From a virus, in IMG/VR virus record IMGVR_UViG_3300032080_000012, positions 1-41,608 of that record: 41,608 bases of DNA; one strand, given 5' to 3'. This document shows, in pieces, positions 35,824 to 41,608 of the stretch. The notes beneath the pieces were generated by a model that worked only from the letters and a program-made list of their open reading frames with translations, had not been told where the DNA came from and did not search any database. Numbering within the stretch: position 1 is the stretch's first letter; every line of letters begins with the position of its first letter. A program made the position numbers and the translations under genes.

Positions 35824-36336
35824 ATGACCTACCCCGAGAACCAGCCGCCGGCCGGGCACGGCCAGTACTGGCCGCCGCAGCCCCAGCAGCCGGCGTACGG
35901 GCCGCCGCCCGGCTACGCCCCGGCAGGTCCGCCCGTCAAGCCGCCGAACCCGAAGCTGGCGTTCTGGACGTCGCCAGCCGGCATCATTTCAATGCTGGCC
36001 ATCACGGGCGTCGTCGTGCTGGTGCTCGCCGGCATCTCCAACCGGCTGCGCGGCCCGGCGTCCGCCAACTTCGACGTCACCGTGGTCAGCTGCGAGGCGA
36101 GCACCGGCACGCTGTCGACCGCCACGGTCGGATTCATGATCAGGAACACCAGCGACGAGGCTCGGGCCGCGACCGTGGAGATCGAGTACCGCGACGGATC
36201 CGGCGCGCGGCTCGACACCGACACCGTGCGGGTGGCGACCATCAAGGCCGGCGGCATCGTCCGGCACGACGAGTCCACGATCCTGAACGGCACGGCGACC
36301 AGTGGCATCAAGTGCCTGGCCAAGGTGACCGGCTAG
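35824..36336 (+). CDS. membrane protein: Pro-rich N-terminus, one TM, DUF4352-like beta-sandwich ectodomain (superinfection-exclusion candidate)
   Basis: 170 aa, MTYPENQPPAGHGQYWPPQPQQPAYGPPPGYAPAGPPVKPP.. TM segment GIISMLAITGVVVLVLAGI, then ..FDVTVVSCEASTGTLSTATVGFMIRNTSDEARAATVEIEYRDGSGARLD... Preceded by a 254-nt lower-GC noncoding region. Confidence 0.65.
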   Translation: MTYPENQPPAGHGQYWPPQPQQPAYGPPPGYAPAGPPVKPPNPKLAFWTSPAGIISMLAITGVVVLVLAGISNRLRGPASANFDVTVVSCEASTGTLSTATVGFMIRNTSDEARAATVEIEYRDGSGARLDTDTVRVATIKAGGIVRHDESTILNGTATSGIKCLAKVTG

Positions 36337-36566
36337 AGCAGCTTCGGGTGCAGGGTGAACTTGCGCGGCGGGTCGACCGGCTTCACGTAGAAGCTGCGAA
36401 GCCCTCGGTGCTGGACGCCTTCGGGCTTGATCACCGAGCCGCTCAGCACCCGCCAGCCGGTCGCGTCGACCGGCTCGGCGTACTGGAACTGGATCTCGAA
36501 GTCGTAGTCGCCGTCGGGCCAGAGCACGACGACGAGGTCGCCGCGCTCGGGCAGTTCGGCGGTCAC
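36333..36566 (-). CDS. hypothetical beta-rich small protein (second gene of a two-gene cassette)
   Basis: 77 aa from a GTG overlapping the upstream stop (GTGA). VTAELPERGDLVVVLWPDGDYDFEIQFQYAEPVDATGWRVLSGSVIKPEGVQHRGLRSFYVKPVDPPRKFTLHPKLL. Its stop shares CTAG with the convergent membrane-protein gene. Confidence 0.55.
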   Translation of the reverse strand: MTAELPERGDLVVVLWPDGDYDFEIQFQYAEPVDATGWRVLSGSVIKPEGVQHRGLRSFYVKPVDPPRKFTLHPKLL

Positions 36567-36745
36567 GGCTGCGCCTCGTCGTCGCGGCGGTAGTTCCATT
36601 CGCGTGTGGTGGCGGCTGTGCCGAGCAGTCGGGAGCGCGCCGCGTCGATCTCGCGCTGCTCTCGCTCCTCGCGCTGCCACTCCTTGACGGTGTTGAGCCG
36701 CCGGTCTCGTCGGGTGAATGGCCACAGGAATCGTTTCGCGTTCAT
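36563..36745 (-). CDS. hypothetical basic helical small protein (first gene of a two-gene cassette)
   Basis: 60 aa, MNAKRFLWPFTRRDRRLNTVKEWQREEREQREIDAARSRLLGTAATTREWNYRRDDEAQP. GGAGGT lies 7 nt upstream of the ATG. Confidence 0.55.
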   Translation of the reverse strand: MNAKRFLWPFTRRDRRLNTVKEWQREEREQREIDAARSRLLGTAATTREWNYRRDDEAQP

Positions 36746-36776
36746 CGGTGGGACCTCCGCGCCGCGTCGTCGGTGG

Positions 36777-36829
36777 CGGAGGTGGCGGGGAGCAGGCTCG
36801 CGGCCAGACTCCTCAACCCGCCACCTCCG
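36777..36829. promoter_or_regulatory. 13-bp perfect inverted repeat in a divergent intergenic region
   Basis: cggaggtggcggg (36777..36789) and cccgccacctccg (36817..36829), separated by 27 nt. Lies between the start at 36745 (minus) and the xis-like gene. Confidence 0.5.
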
Positions 36830-36922
36830 TAGCGGGGAGGTTACGCCATGACAACCCTATGTTCTAGACCCATCGTGCGGTTTACGTCACGCCAAGATCA
36901 CTGGCTGTCTACCGTCTGGGCT

Positions 36923-37120
36923 ATGGCGGAGCTGTTCCCAATGGGCCCCGAGGAGATCCGGGCGCGCCTGCACGTGTCCCGGCAGCGGGCGTACATCATC
37001 ATGGGCCGCCGCGACTTCCCCGAGCCGTGGCGCGAGCTCGCGATGGGCAAGGTGTGGAAATCCACGGCGGTGGAGGCATGGATTCGCCAGCACCGACCGG
37101 AGCTTGCCGAGGAGGACTGA
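36923..37120 (+). CDS. excisionase / AlpA-MerR-type HTH DNA-binding protein
   Basis: 65 aa from ATG 36923. The track ORF starts at 36848, but its first 25 codons have AT-rich third positions. MAELFPMGPEEIRARLHVSRQRAYIIMGRRDFPEPWRELAMGKVWKSTAVEAWIRQH.. fits the excisionase-family HTH pattern. Confidence 0.55.
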   Translation: MAELFPMGPEEIRARLHVSRQRAYIIMGRRDFPEPWRELAMGKVWKSTAVEAWIRQHRPELAEED

Positions 37121-37123
37121 CCC

Positions 37124-37318
37124 GTGTCCGAGGACGCTGAGCTGGCCCGGCAGCTTGCCGAGAGGCTGGTCGCGACGTTGGATGATGACCCGGCGTACGA
37201 GCGACACGGCGTGCTGGGCACCAGTCCGTGGGGCACCGGCGGGTGGGTGAAGTTCACCGACAAAGAGGGCGAGGTGCACTACCTGTGGGTCCTCGTCCAG
37301 CCGCACCGTCCGGGCTGA
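37124..37318 (+). CDS. hypothetical protein
   Basis: 64-aa ORF with a GTG start 3 nt after the previous stop. ..GTSPWGTGGWVKFTDKEGEVHYLWVLVQPHRPG. Followed by a hairpin terminator. Confidence 0.5.
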   Translation: MSEDAELARQLAERLVATLDDDPAYERHGVLGTSPWGTGGWVKFTDKEGEVHYLWVLVQPHRPG

Positions 37319-37330
37319 GGACACAAAAAT

Positions 37331-37370
37331 CCCGCCCCCGCCGGACCCGTGAGGGTCGAGCGGGGGCGGT
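37331..37370. terminator. bidirectional intrinsic terminator
   Basis: The outer stem pairs ccgcccccg (37332..37340) with cgggggcgg (37361..37369), and an inner stem pairs gaccc with gggtc. It is flanked by aaaaat on the plus strand (giving attttt after the hairpin on the minus strand) and by ttgagtt downstream on the plus strand. It sits between the convergent operon ends. Confidence 0.65.
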
Positions 37371-37403
37371 TGAGTTGGGATGCCGGTACGCGTGAGTGGG
37401 GGC

Positions 37404-37443
37404 AGGGCGGGGTCGTTTCTCCCGGCGTAGCAAGACCCGCCCT
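37404..37443 (-). terminator. hairpin downstream of the last late gene
   Basis: agggcggggtc (37404..37414) pairs with gacccgccct (37434..37443) with one bulge. It lies 30 nt after the stop at 37473 on the minus strand. Confidence 0.45.
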
Positions 37444-37472
37444 ACTGCAGGTGCGGCCTCATGCCATCCAGG

Positions 37473-37751
37473 CTAGCTCACGTACTCGTTGCGGCACACG
37501 TCGTACCAGGCGATGGCGTTTTGCCCGTAGTCCCGGCCGACGACGGCCAGCATCTCCTTCAGCCGCTTGACGATGCCGGGCTGAACTTCGATCAGCCAGC
37601 ACGCGTTCTGGTGGCGGCTCAGCGGCTCGTTGAACCACTCGCCCGCGACCGCCGCGCCAGCGGCCTCGATCTCGGTAAACGCCCGGGAGTGGAACTCCCG
37701 CCACTCGCGCGGGAGGACGTGGTGGACGTTCCCGATGACCACGAGCGCCAT
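37473..37751 (-). CDS. hypothetical protein (last gene of the late operon)
   Basis: 92 aa from an internal ATG at 37751. MALVVIGNVHHVLPREWREFHSRAFTEIEAAGAAVAGEWFNEPLSRHQNACWLIEVQPGIVKRLKEMLAVVGRDYGQNAIAWYDVCRNEYVS. The upstream part of the track ORF is Arg-rich shadow. Confidence 0.55.
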   Translation of the reverse strand: MALVVIGNVHHVLPREWREFHSRAFTEIEAAGAAVAGEWFNEPLSRHQNACWLIEVQPGIVKRLKEMLAVVGRDYGQNAIAWYDVCRNEYVS

Positions 37752-37777
37752 GTCCGGCGGGCCCGGCGTGCTCACGG

Positions 37778-38146
37778 TCAGACCCGCGCCGGGGAGTCCG
37801 AGCCCCAGCCGACGCCGGTGCCGGTCGTCGACACTGCCGGCGCCAGTGCGATGCCCAGCGCGCCGAGCACGGCGGCCGCGATCAGCATGACGTCGTTGCC
37901 GTCGACCCCGCCGATGATGACCGTGGTCGCCACCTGCAGCCCGGCCAGCACCGCGCCGACAGCCGTCTTGACCCACGGCGCGGACGGCACGAGCGGCACG
38001 AGGTAGGTCAGCGCGGCAGTGCACACGGCGATGCCGATCGCGACGCCCTCGGACGGGTCGATGTGCTTGTCGCCGGAGAACAGCGGCACGGCCACGACGG
38101 CGACCGCGTAGACGAACGAGGCCCAGAACTTTCCGTAGACCTGCAT
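37778..38146 (-). CDS. membrane protein (about 4 TM), holin-like
   Basis: 122 aa from ATG 38146, preceded by GAAGGAG. MQVYGKFWASFVYAVAVVAVPLFSG..GVAIGIAVCTAALTYLVPLVP..AVGAVLAGLQVATTVIIGG..MLIAAAVLGALGIALAPAV... Confidence 0.55.
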   Translation of the reverse strand: MQVYGKFWASFVYAVAVVAVPLFSGDKHIDPSEGVAIGIAVCTAALTYLVPLVPSAPWVKTAVGAVLAGLQVATTVIIGGVDGNDVMLIAAAVLGALGIALAPAVSTTGTGVGWGSDSPARV

Positions 38147-38228
38147 AGGAACTCCTTCAGCAGTGCTTGCCGGAATGCAAGCGTTCGGGCCGCGACGTGA
38201 AATCGGGGCCGCTGATGTCAAGCGGGGA

Positions 38229-38528
38229 TCAGGTGATCAGACCGTCCGGGTACGGCGGCGGGGGCGGCGGCCGACCGTCGGCGATGTGCCGGCGCAACTC
38301 GCCGATGTAGTCACCCTGGATCCGCTGCTGACGCTCCAAGGCGCTTATGCGGGAGCTGTCCTTCGTGCGCTCCGCGCGCAGCTCCTTGATGTCCTCTTGA
38401 TGCTGGTCGATCATCTGCTGGCCGGTGTCCGACCGCAGCTTGCGGGTAGAGACGCGGTAGGTGAAATAGGCGGCGGCGACGACACCGACCAGGGTCAGGA
38501 GCGGCCCAAGGATCGGCTCCACAGCCAC
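38229..38528 (-). CDS. lysis-cassette membrane protein: N-terminal TM, coiled coil, Pro-rich tail
   Basis: About 97-99 aa, from a GTG at 38528 or 38522 (GGAAAGG upstream). VAVEPILGPLLTLVGVVAAAYFTYRVSTRKLRSDTGQQMIDQHQEDIKELRAERTKDSSRISALERQQRIQGDYIGELRRHIADGRPPPPPPYPDGLIT. Overlaps the holin-like gene end by about 30 nt. Confidence 0.5.
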   Translation of the reverse strand: MAVEPILGPLLTLVGVVAAAYFTYRVSTRKLRSDTGQQMIDQHQEDIKELRAERTKDSSRISALERQQRIQGDYIGELRRHIADGRPPPPPPYPDGLIT

Positions 38529-38929
38529 CGCCTTTCCGATGGAGGTGCCGGCGGTATCCCTCCCGCGATCAGGTAGACGAACGCAGCGAAGGCCAGCCAA
38601 ATCACGGCGGACAGGTACCCGAGCGGCACCGCTCCATTCGTCCAGCCGAAGAAGGCGGGCAGGCCCCAACCGACCTTCAGTGCGATGGCAGCCATGAAGG
38701 CTGCCGTATCGCGGATCATGAACGCGAACACCAGGCAGGTCACGCCCACCGCGGCCCAGCACGCCGCCCACGCCGACAGCGGCATGATCGCGTCCATCCA
38801 GGCGTAGAACGGCGTCAGCGGCAGAGGTGCGGTCAGCAGGGCGTAGGCGTAGACCAGGTCGAGCAGGGCGAAGAAGAGCAGCGCGGCACCGCGCCGGCCG
38901 ATCCGAGTGAGGAGCCGGCCTCCCACCAT
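38495..38929 (-). CDS. holin-like membrane protein (4 hydrophobic segments)
   Basis: 144 aa from an ATG sharing A with the endolysin TGA. MVGGRLLTRIGRRGAALLFFALLDLVYAYALL..MPLSAWAACWAAVGVTCLVFAFMI..AAFMAAIALKVGWGLPAFFGW..LGYLSAVIWLAFAAFVYLIAGG.. with a charged C-terminus. Confidence 0.55.
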   Translation of the reverse strand: MVGGRLLTRIGRRGAALLFFALLDLVYAYALLTAPLPLTPFYAWMDAIMPLSAWAACWAAVGVTCLVFAFMIRDTAAFMAAIALKVGWGLPAFFGWTNGAVPLGYLSAVIWLAFAAFVYLIAGGIPPAPPSERRWLWSRSLGRS

Positions 38930-39807
38930 CAGCTGGCGAACGCGTTGCGGAGTGCGGTCTCCATGGCGGTGGTGACCTCGTCCTGGCTGATCTGGTCCGA
39001 GCCCTGCGGCAGGCTGGCCACGACCAACGAGGCCACGGCCGGGGCGAGCGCGGCGGCCAGGGCGGCCTCGTCCACATCGTCCTTCTTCGCCAGCGCGGCG
39101 ATGGCAGTGAGCACCTGCTTGCGGGTGTCGAGCTCGCCCGCGTCCATCCAGCTCAGGATGGTCTGCGGGCTGACCTTGCGGCCGTCGGGCAGCGTGAACT
39201 GCTGGTCCCAGACGGCGTCGGCGATCTCCTGGGCTGTGGGCATGTCCTCGTCCTCCAGTTCGGCCCGGACCATGTCCAGGAAGCGGGACCACGGGAAATT
39301 GGGGCCCGGGTCGGTGTGGCTCCCGTTGTCCTGCGGGAACGCGCGGGTGATGTCGTAGTGGCCGCAGAAGCCCTTCGCGCCGGCGGCGACCTGGGCGACG
39401 GTCAGGTGGCGCACCGGAATGTTCCACTTCTTCGCGTCGCGGGCGGCCTGCTTCGCGGCCCGTCGCAGCATCGCGTCGTGGTAGTCGTTCGCCCACGTCG
39501 ACGGCGAGGACGACGCGCGGGTGCACAGCTCGTACTGGATGCCGCGGCGGTTGCCCTGCGCGCGGGCGCAGTGCGCCTGGTCGGCGGTGAGAACGCAGTG
39601 CACGGTGCTGGTGCTGTCGACGAAGTAGTGCGCGCTGGTGCCGTCGGTGCGCCGGGTGTTATACGCGGCACCGTCCTCAGCGGACTGACCGTGGGCGCTA
39701 CCCTCGGTGGTGTGGATGACGATCAGGTCAACCTTGGTGCGGTTGGCGTTCGTCCACGACTTCGGCGGCACCCACTTCAGGTCCGGGTACTCGGGTGACT
39801 GAGCCAC
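38929..39807 (-). CDS. endolysin, N-acetylmuramoyl-L-alanine amidase (PGRP/Amidase_2 type) with unassigned C-terminal domain
   Basis: 292 aa. ..VDLIVIHTTEGSAHGQSAEDGAAYNTRRTDGTSAHYFVDS...GIQYELC...GFCGHYDITRAFPQDNGSHTDPGPNFPW.. is the Amidase_2 signature. The C-terminal 110 or so residues are unassigned. Confidence 0.9.
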   Translation of the reverse strand: MAQSPEYPDLKWVPPKSWTNANRTKVDLIVIHTTEGSAHGQSAEDGAAYNTRRTDGTSAHYFVDSTSTVHCVLTADQAHCARAQGNRRGIQYELCTRASSSPSTWANDYHDAMLRRAAKQAARDAKKWNIPVRHLTVAQVAAGAKGFCGHYDITRAFPQDNGSHTDPGPNFPWSRFLDMVRAELEDEDMPTAQEIADAVWDQQFTLPDGRKVSPQTILSWMDAGELDTRKQVLTAIAALAKKDDVDEAALAAALAPAVASLVVASLPQGSDQISQDEVTTAMETALRNAFAS

Positions 39808-39819
39808 GGCGGGCTCCCT

Positions 39820-40098
39820 TCAAACTGGCGGCGTGGTGCCTGGCTTTACCTGGTTGAGCACGTCGGGCGGCCACGTGCCGTCGAGGGCCTGACTCAGGGC
39901 GTCGATCCATACGGCGTCGGTGACCGCCGGCGCGACGTCGCTGACCTTCTTCATGACCACGCCGATGGCAGTCAGCAGCGTCAGGTTGATGACGTACAAC
40001 TCCCGGTCGATGCCGTAGACGTCGACGCCCAGTTGCTGCCCCACGGCGGCCTGCCTGGCCAGCAATGCGGATACGTACTGGTGCACGAACTGGGCCAT
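39820..40098 (-). CDS. hypothetical protein between tail-fibre-like and lysis genes
   Basis: 92-aa ORF with one hydrophobic stretch (LYVINLTLLTAIGVVM). Confidence 0.5.
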   Translation of the reverse strand: MAQFVHQYVSALLARQAAVGQQLGVDVYGIDRELYVINLTLLTAIGVVMKKVSDVAPAVTDAVWIDALSQALDGTWPPDVLNQVKPGTTPPV

Positions 40099-40108
40099 AC
40101 CCTTCTCC

Positions 40109-40663
40109 TCAGAACGGAAGGACGGTGAGCCTGCGCTGGCCGAAGCTGGCCGTGCCCGAGCTGGCCCGGTACTGCATCTGGAACACGTTGCTGCCGGCGG
40201 TCAGGCTCGTTTCGAGCGCCGAGTACGCGTGATAGCAGGTGGAACCCGCCACGGGGCTGTCGTAGGACAAGGCGTAGTTGTCCGACGGTGAGATCGACGA
40301 CGCACCGGTCACCGCGTACGACGTCCACACGTTCGCACCCGCCGAGCTGTTGCTCTGCCTGCACGCCCAGATCACCAGGGCCTTCGTGCCCGTGGTCACG
40401 GTCAGGGACGGTCCGGCCGTACCCGCACCGCCGGACAGGGTGCCGGTATACGAGGCCGATGTGGTCGTCTCCACCCCGTTCTGCGAGCTGAACGAGGGGA
40501 TGCGCTGGGCGATGGCATTCGTGCCGGTCACTGCGAAATACGAGCCGGCGGTGGTGGCGAGCGCGGGCGCGGTCATCAGCAGGTTGTCACGTACCGAGGC
40601 GTTCCACTGCGCCGCCGTCAGCGTCGCATTCGACACCGCCGTGAGTGGTGTGGACCAGGCCAT
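40109..40663 (-). CDS. minor tail / receptor-binding (fibre-tip)-like protein
   Basis: 184 aa. The N-terminus MAWSTPLTAVSNATLTAAQWNASVRDNLL is the conserved N-terminal motif I recognise from actinophage minor tail/fibre proteins. The rest is Ser/Thr/Gly-rich and beta-rich. Confidence 0.6.
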   Translation of the reverse strand: MAWSTPLTAVSNATLTAAQWNASVRDNLLMTAPALATTAGSYFAVTGTNAIAQRIPSFSSQNGVETTTSASYTGTLSGGAGTAGPSLTVTTGTKALVIWACRQSNSSAGANVWTSYAVTGASSISPSDNYALSYDSPVAGSTCYHAYSALETSLTAGSNVFQMQYRASSGTASFGQRRLTVLPF

Positions 40664-41052
40664 CAGAGTCCCTTCACGAGGCCGGTGGTGGCGTCGAATT
40701 CCAGGCCCAGCGCGGACATGGCCGCCCGCACCTGGTCGGTCTTGTCGGCGACCAGTCCGCGGTGATGCTTCGCCTCGGCCTTCAGGTCAGCCAGGCCCTG
40801 GCCGTGCGGCTGGCCGGTGGCCACGGCGAGCGGGTGGTCGGCGGGGAACCAGTTGCGGTTGCGCGCGTTCGGACGCTCGGACAGTTCCGCCATGACGTCG
40901 GCGATCCTGGGCGGCCAGTCGAGGGTGATCGGGTGGCCGTTGACGCAGGCCTCCGAGGCCTGACCCGGCTGGACCTCGCGGGCATCGCCGCAACCCTCGC
41001 GCGGGCACTCCACGACGAGGCGACCCCAGTTGACGTATGTCTGCGCCTTCAC
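40663..41052 (-). CDS. tail-module protein with Zn-ribbon-like motif
   Basis: 129 aa from a GTG overlapping the upstream stop (GTGA). VKAQTYVNWGRLVVECPREGCGDAREVQPGQASEACVNGHPITLDWPP... The YVNWGR..V.CP..GC pattern recurs in actinophage tail regions, as far as I recall. Confidence 0.55.
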   Translation of the reverse strand: MKAQTYVNWGRLVVECPREGCGDAREVQPGQASEACVNGHPITLDWPPRIADVMAELSERPNARNRNWFPADHPLAVATGQPHGQGLADLKAEAKHHRGLVADKTDQVRAAMSALGLEFDATTGLVKGL

Positions 41053-41608
41053 GATGCGAACGCTCCCTGGTTGAAGCCCTGGCCAGCGGTGTCGAAGCGG
41101 AACACCGAGGCGGGACTGTCGATGCCGGCGGTGGAGAACGCGCCGTCGTTGAAGCCCTTGCCGGCTACGTCGAACGTCAGCGCGTTGGTGGGCTGCGTGG
41201 GGTCGACGACCTGGCAGGCGAGCGTCACGTCGTGCGAGGCGCCCATCTTCGTGATCCGGTGGGTGATCTGCTCGATGACGTAGTCGGTGTTGGTGCCGAG
41301 GTCGTCGTCGCGGAACGTGATCCGGTCGCCGATCCTGCGAGCTGTCACCTGCGCCCGGTACGTGGCGTCGAGGTCGTTGATGCTGATCGTCACCGACGGC
41401 CGCGGTCGGGCGTAGACGGCGACAATGCGGGTGGCGATGGCCTGCGCGTCGTAGATGTTCGCCCACGGAACTTCGCCGGGCCACTCCACGCGTACCCCGG
41501 AGCCGATGGCAGCGTCGTCCTGCGCGCCCACCTTGACCGTGCGCACGACCGGCAGCGAGATGCCGGTGATGGCCAGGCGGGTGACGATCGCCGGGGCCCC
41601 GCCGGTCG
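41049..41608 (-). CDS. minor tail protein, Dit-like; 3' part of the gene that wraps around the window ends
   Basis: Same frame as track ORF 41049..41546, and open to the window end. The last 127 nt duplicate 1..127, so the true gene is 1088..1 joined to 41481..41049. Confidence 0.8.
   Translation of the reverse strand, partial: TGGAPAIVTRLAITGISLPVVRTVKVGAQDDAAIGSGVRVEWPGEVPWANIYDAQAIATRIVAVYARPRPSVTISINDLDATYRAQVTARRIGDRITFRDDDLGTNTDYVIEQITHRITKMGASHDVTLACQVVDPTQPTNALTFDVAGKGFNDGAFSTAGIDSPASVFRFDTAGQGFNQGAFAS
41482..41608. repeat. terminal direct repeat, copy 2
   Basis: Identical to 1..127. Confidence 0.9.

Noticed and set aside
37331-37443. Small RNA gene or attP in the 155-nt gap between the convergent operon ends.
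   Set aside because: Two stem-loops with flanking A and T runs are fully explained as terminators for the converging transcripts. No additional conserved-looking structure or repeat set is visible.
38229-39077. Long track ORFs 38229..39077 and 38495..39526 as full-length genes.
   Set aside because: Their N-terminal portions are Arg/Pro-rich shadows overlapping the endolysin gene. Only the C-terminal membrane-protein parts, starting at coupled ATG or GTG codons, look genuine.

Overview
The window is one complete, circularly permuted genome of a temperate siphovirus-type phage or prophage from a high-GC actinobacterium. The unit length is 41,481 bp, and the first and last 127 nt are identical. 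GC looks to be about 70% by eye and was not computed.

I call about 80 protein genes. Nearly all lie on the minus strand in one long series joined by overlapping stop/start codons (ATGA, GTGA, TGATG). In transcription order, from high to low coordinates:
- cro-like gene (33.5 kb)
- early genes, including two diverged copies of a 119-aa gene
- YqaJ-type exonuclease, RecT and a RuvC-like resolvase
- many small Cys-rich proteins
- a replication initiator whose coding sequence carries palindromic iterons (putative ori)
- HNH, two XRE regulators and a 347-aa zinc-finger protein
- a hairpin-rich boundary, then HNH/TerS/TerL/portal/protease-scaffold/decoration/major capsid
- a connector gene
- an unusual block of fibre-, beta-helix- and DUF4082-like genes
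- head closure, tail terminator, major tail, and chaperones with a -1 frameshift
- a displaced gp10-like gene and the tape measure
- a minimal tail tip, whose Dit-like gene wraps around the window ends
- the lysis cassette, ending at 37.47 kb

A plus-strand lysogeny island (33.6-37.3 kb) holds a CI-like repressor, a small ORF, a tyrosine integrase, a membrane protein and an excisionase-like gene. Minus-strand cargo genes are interleaved with these.

I saw no rRNA, tRNA, CRISPR array or reverse transcriptase.

Functional calls rest on motif recognition, gene order and hand translation only. No database search or structure prediction was possible. Starts refined from the ORF track rely on stop/start overlaps and RBS-like purine runs. 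Coordinates I counted by hand for non-ORF features may be off by 1-2 nt.
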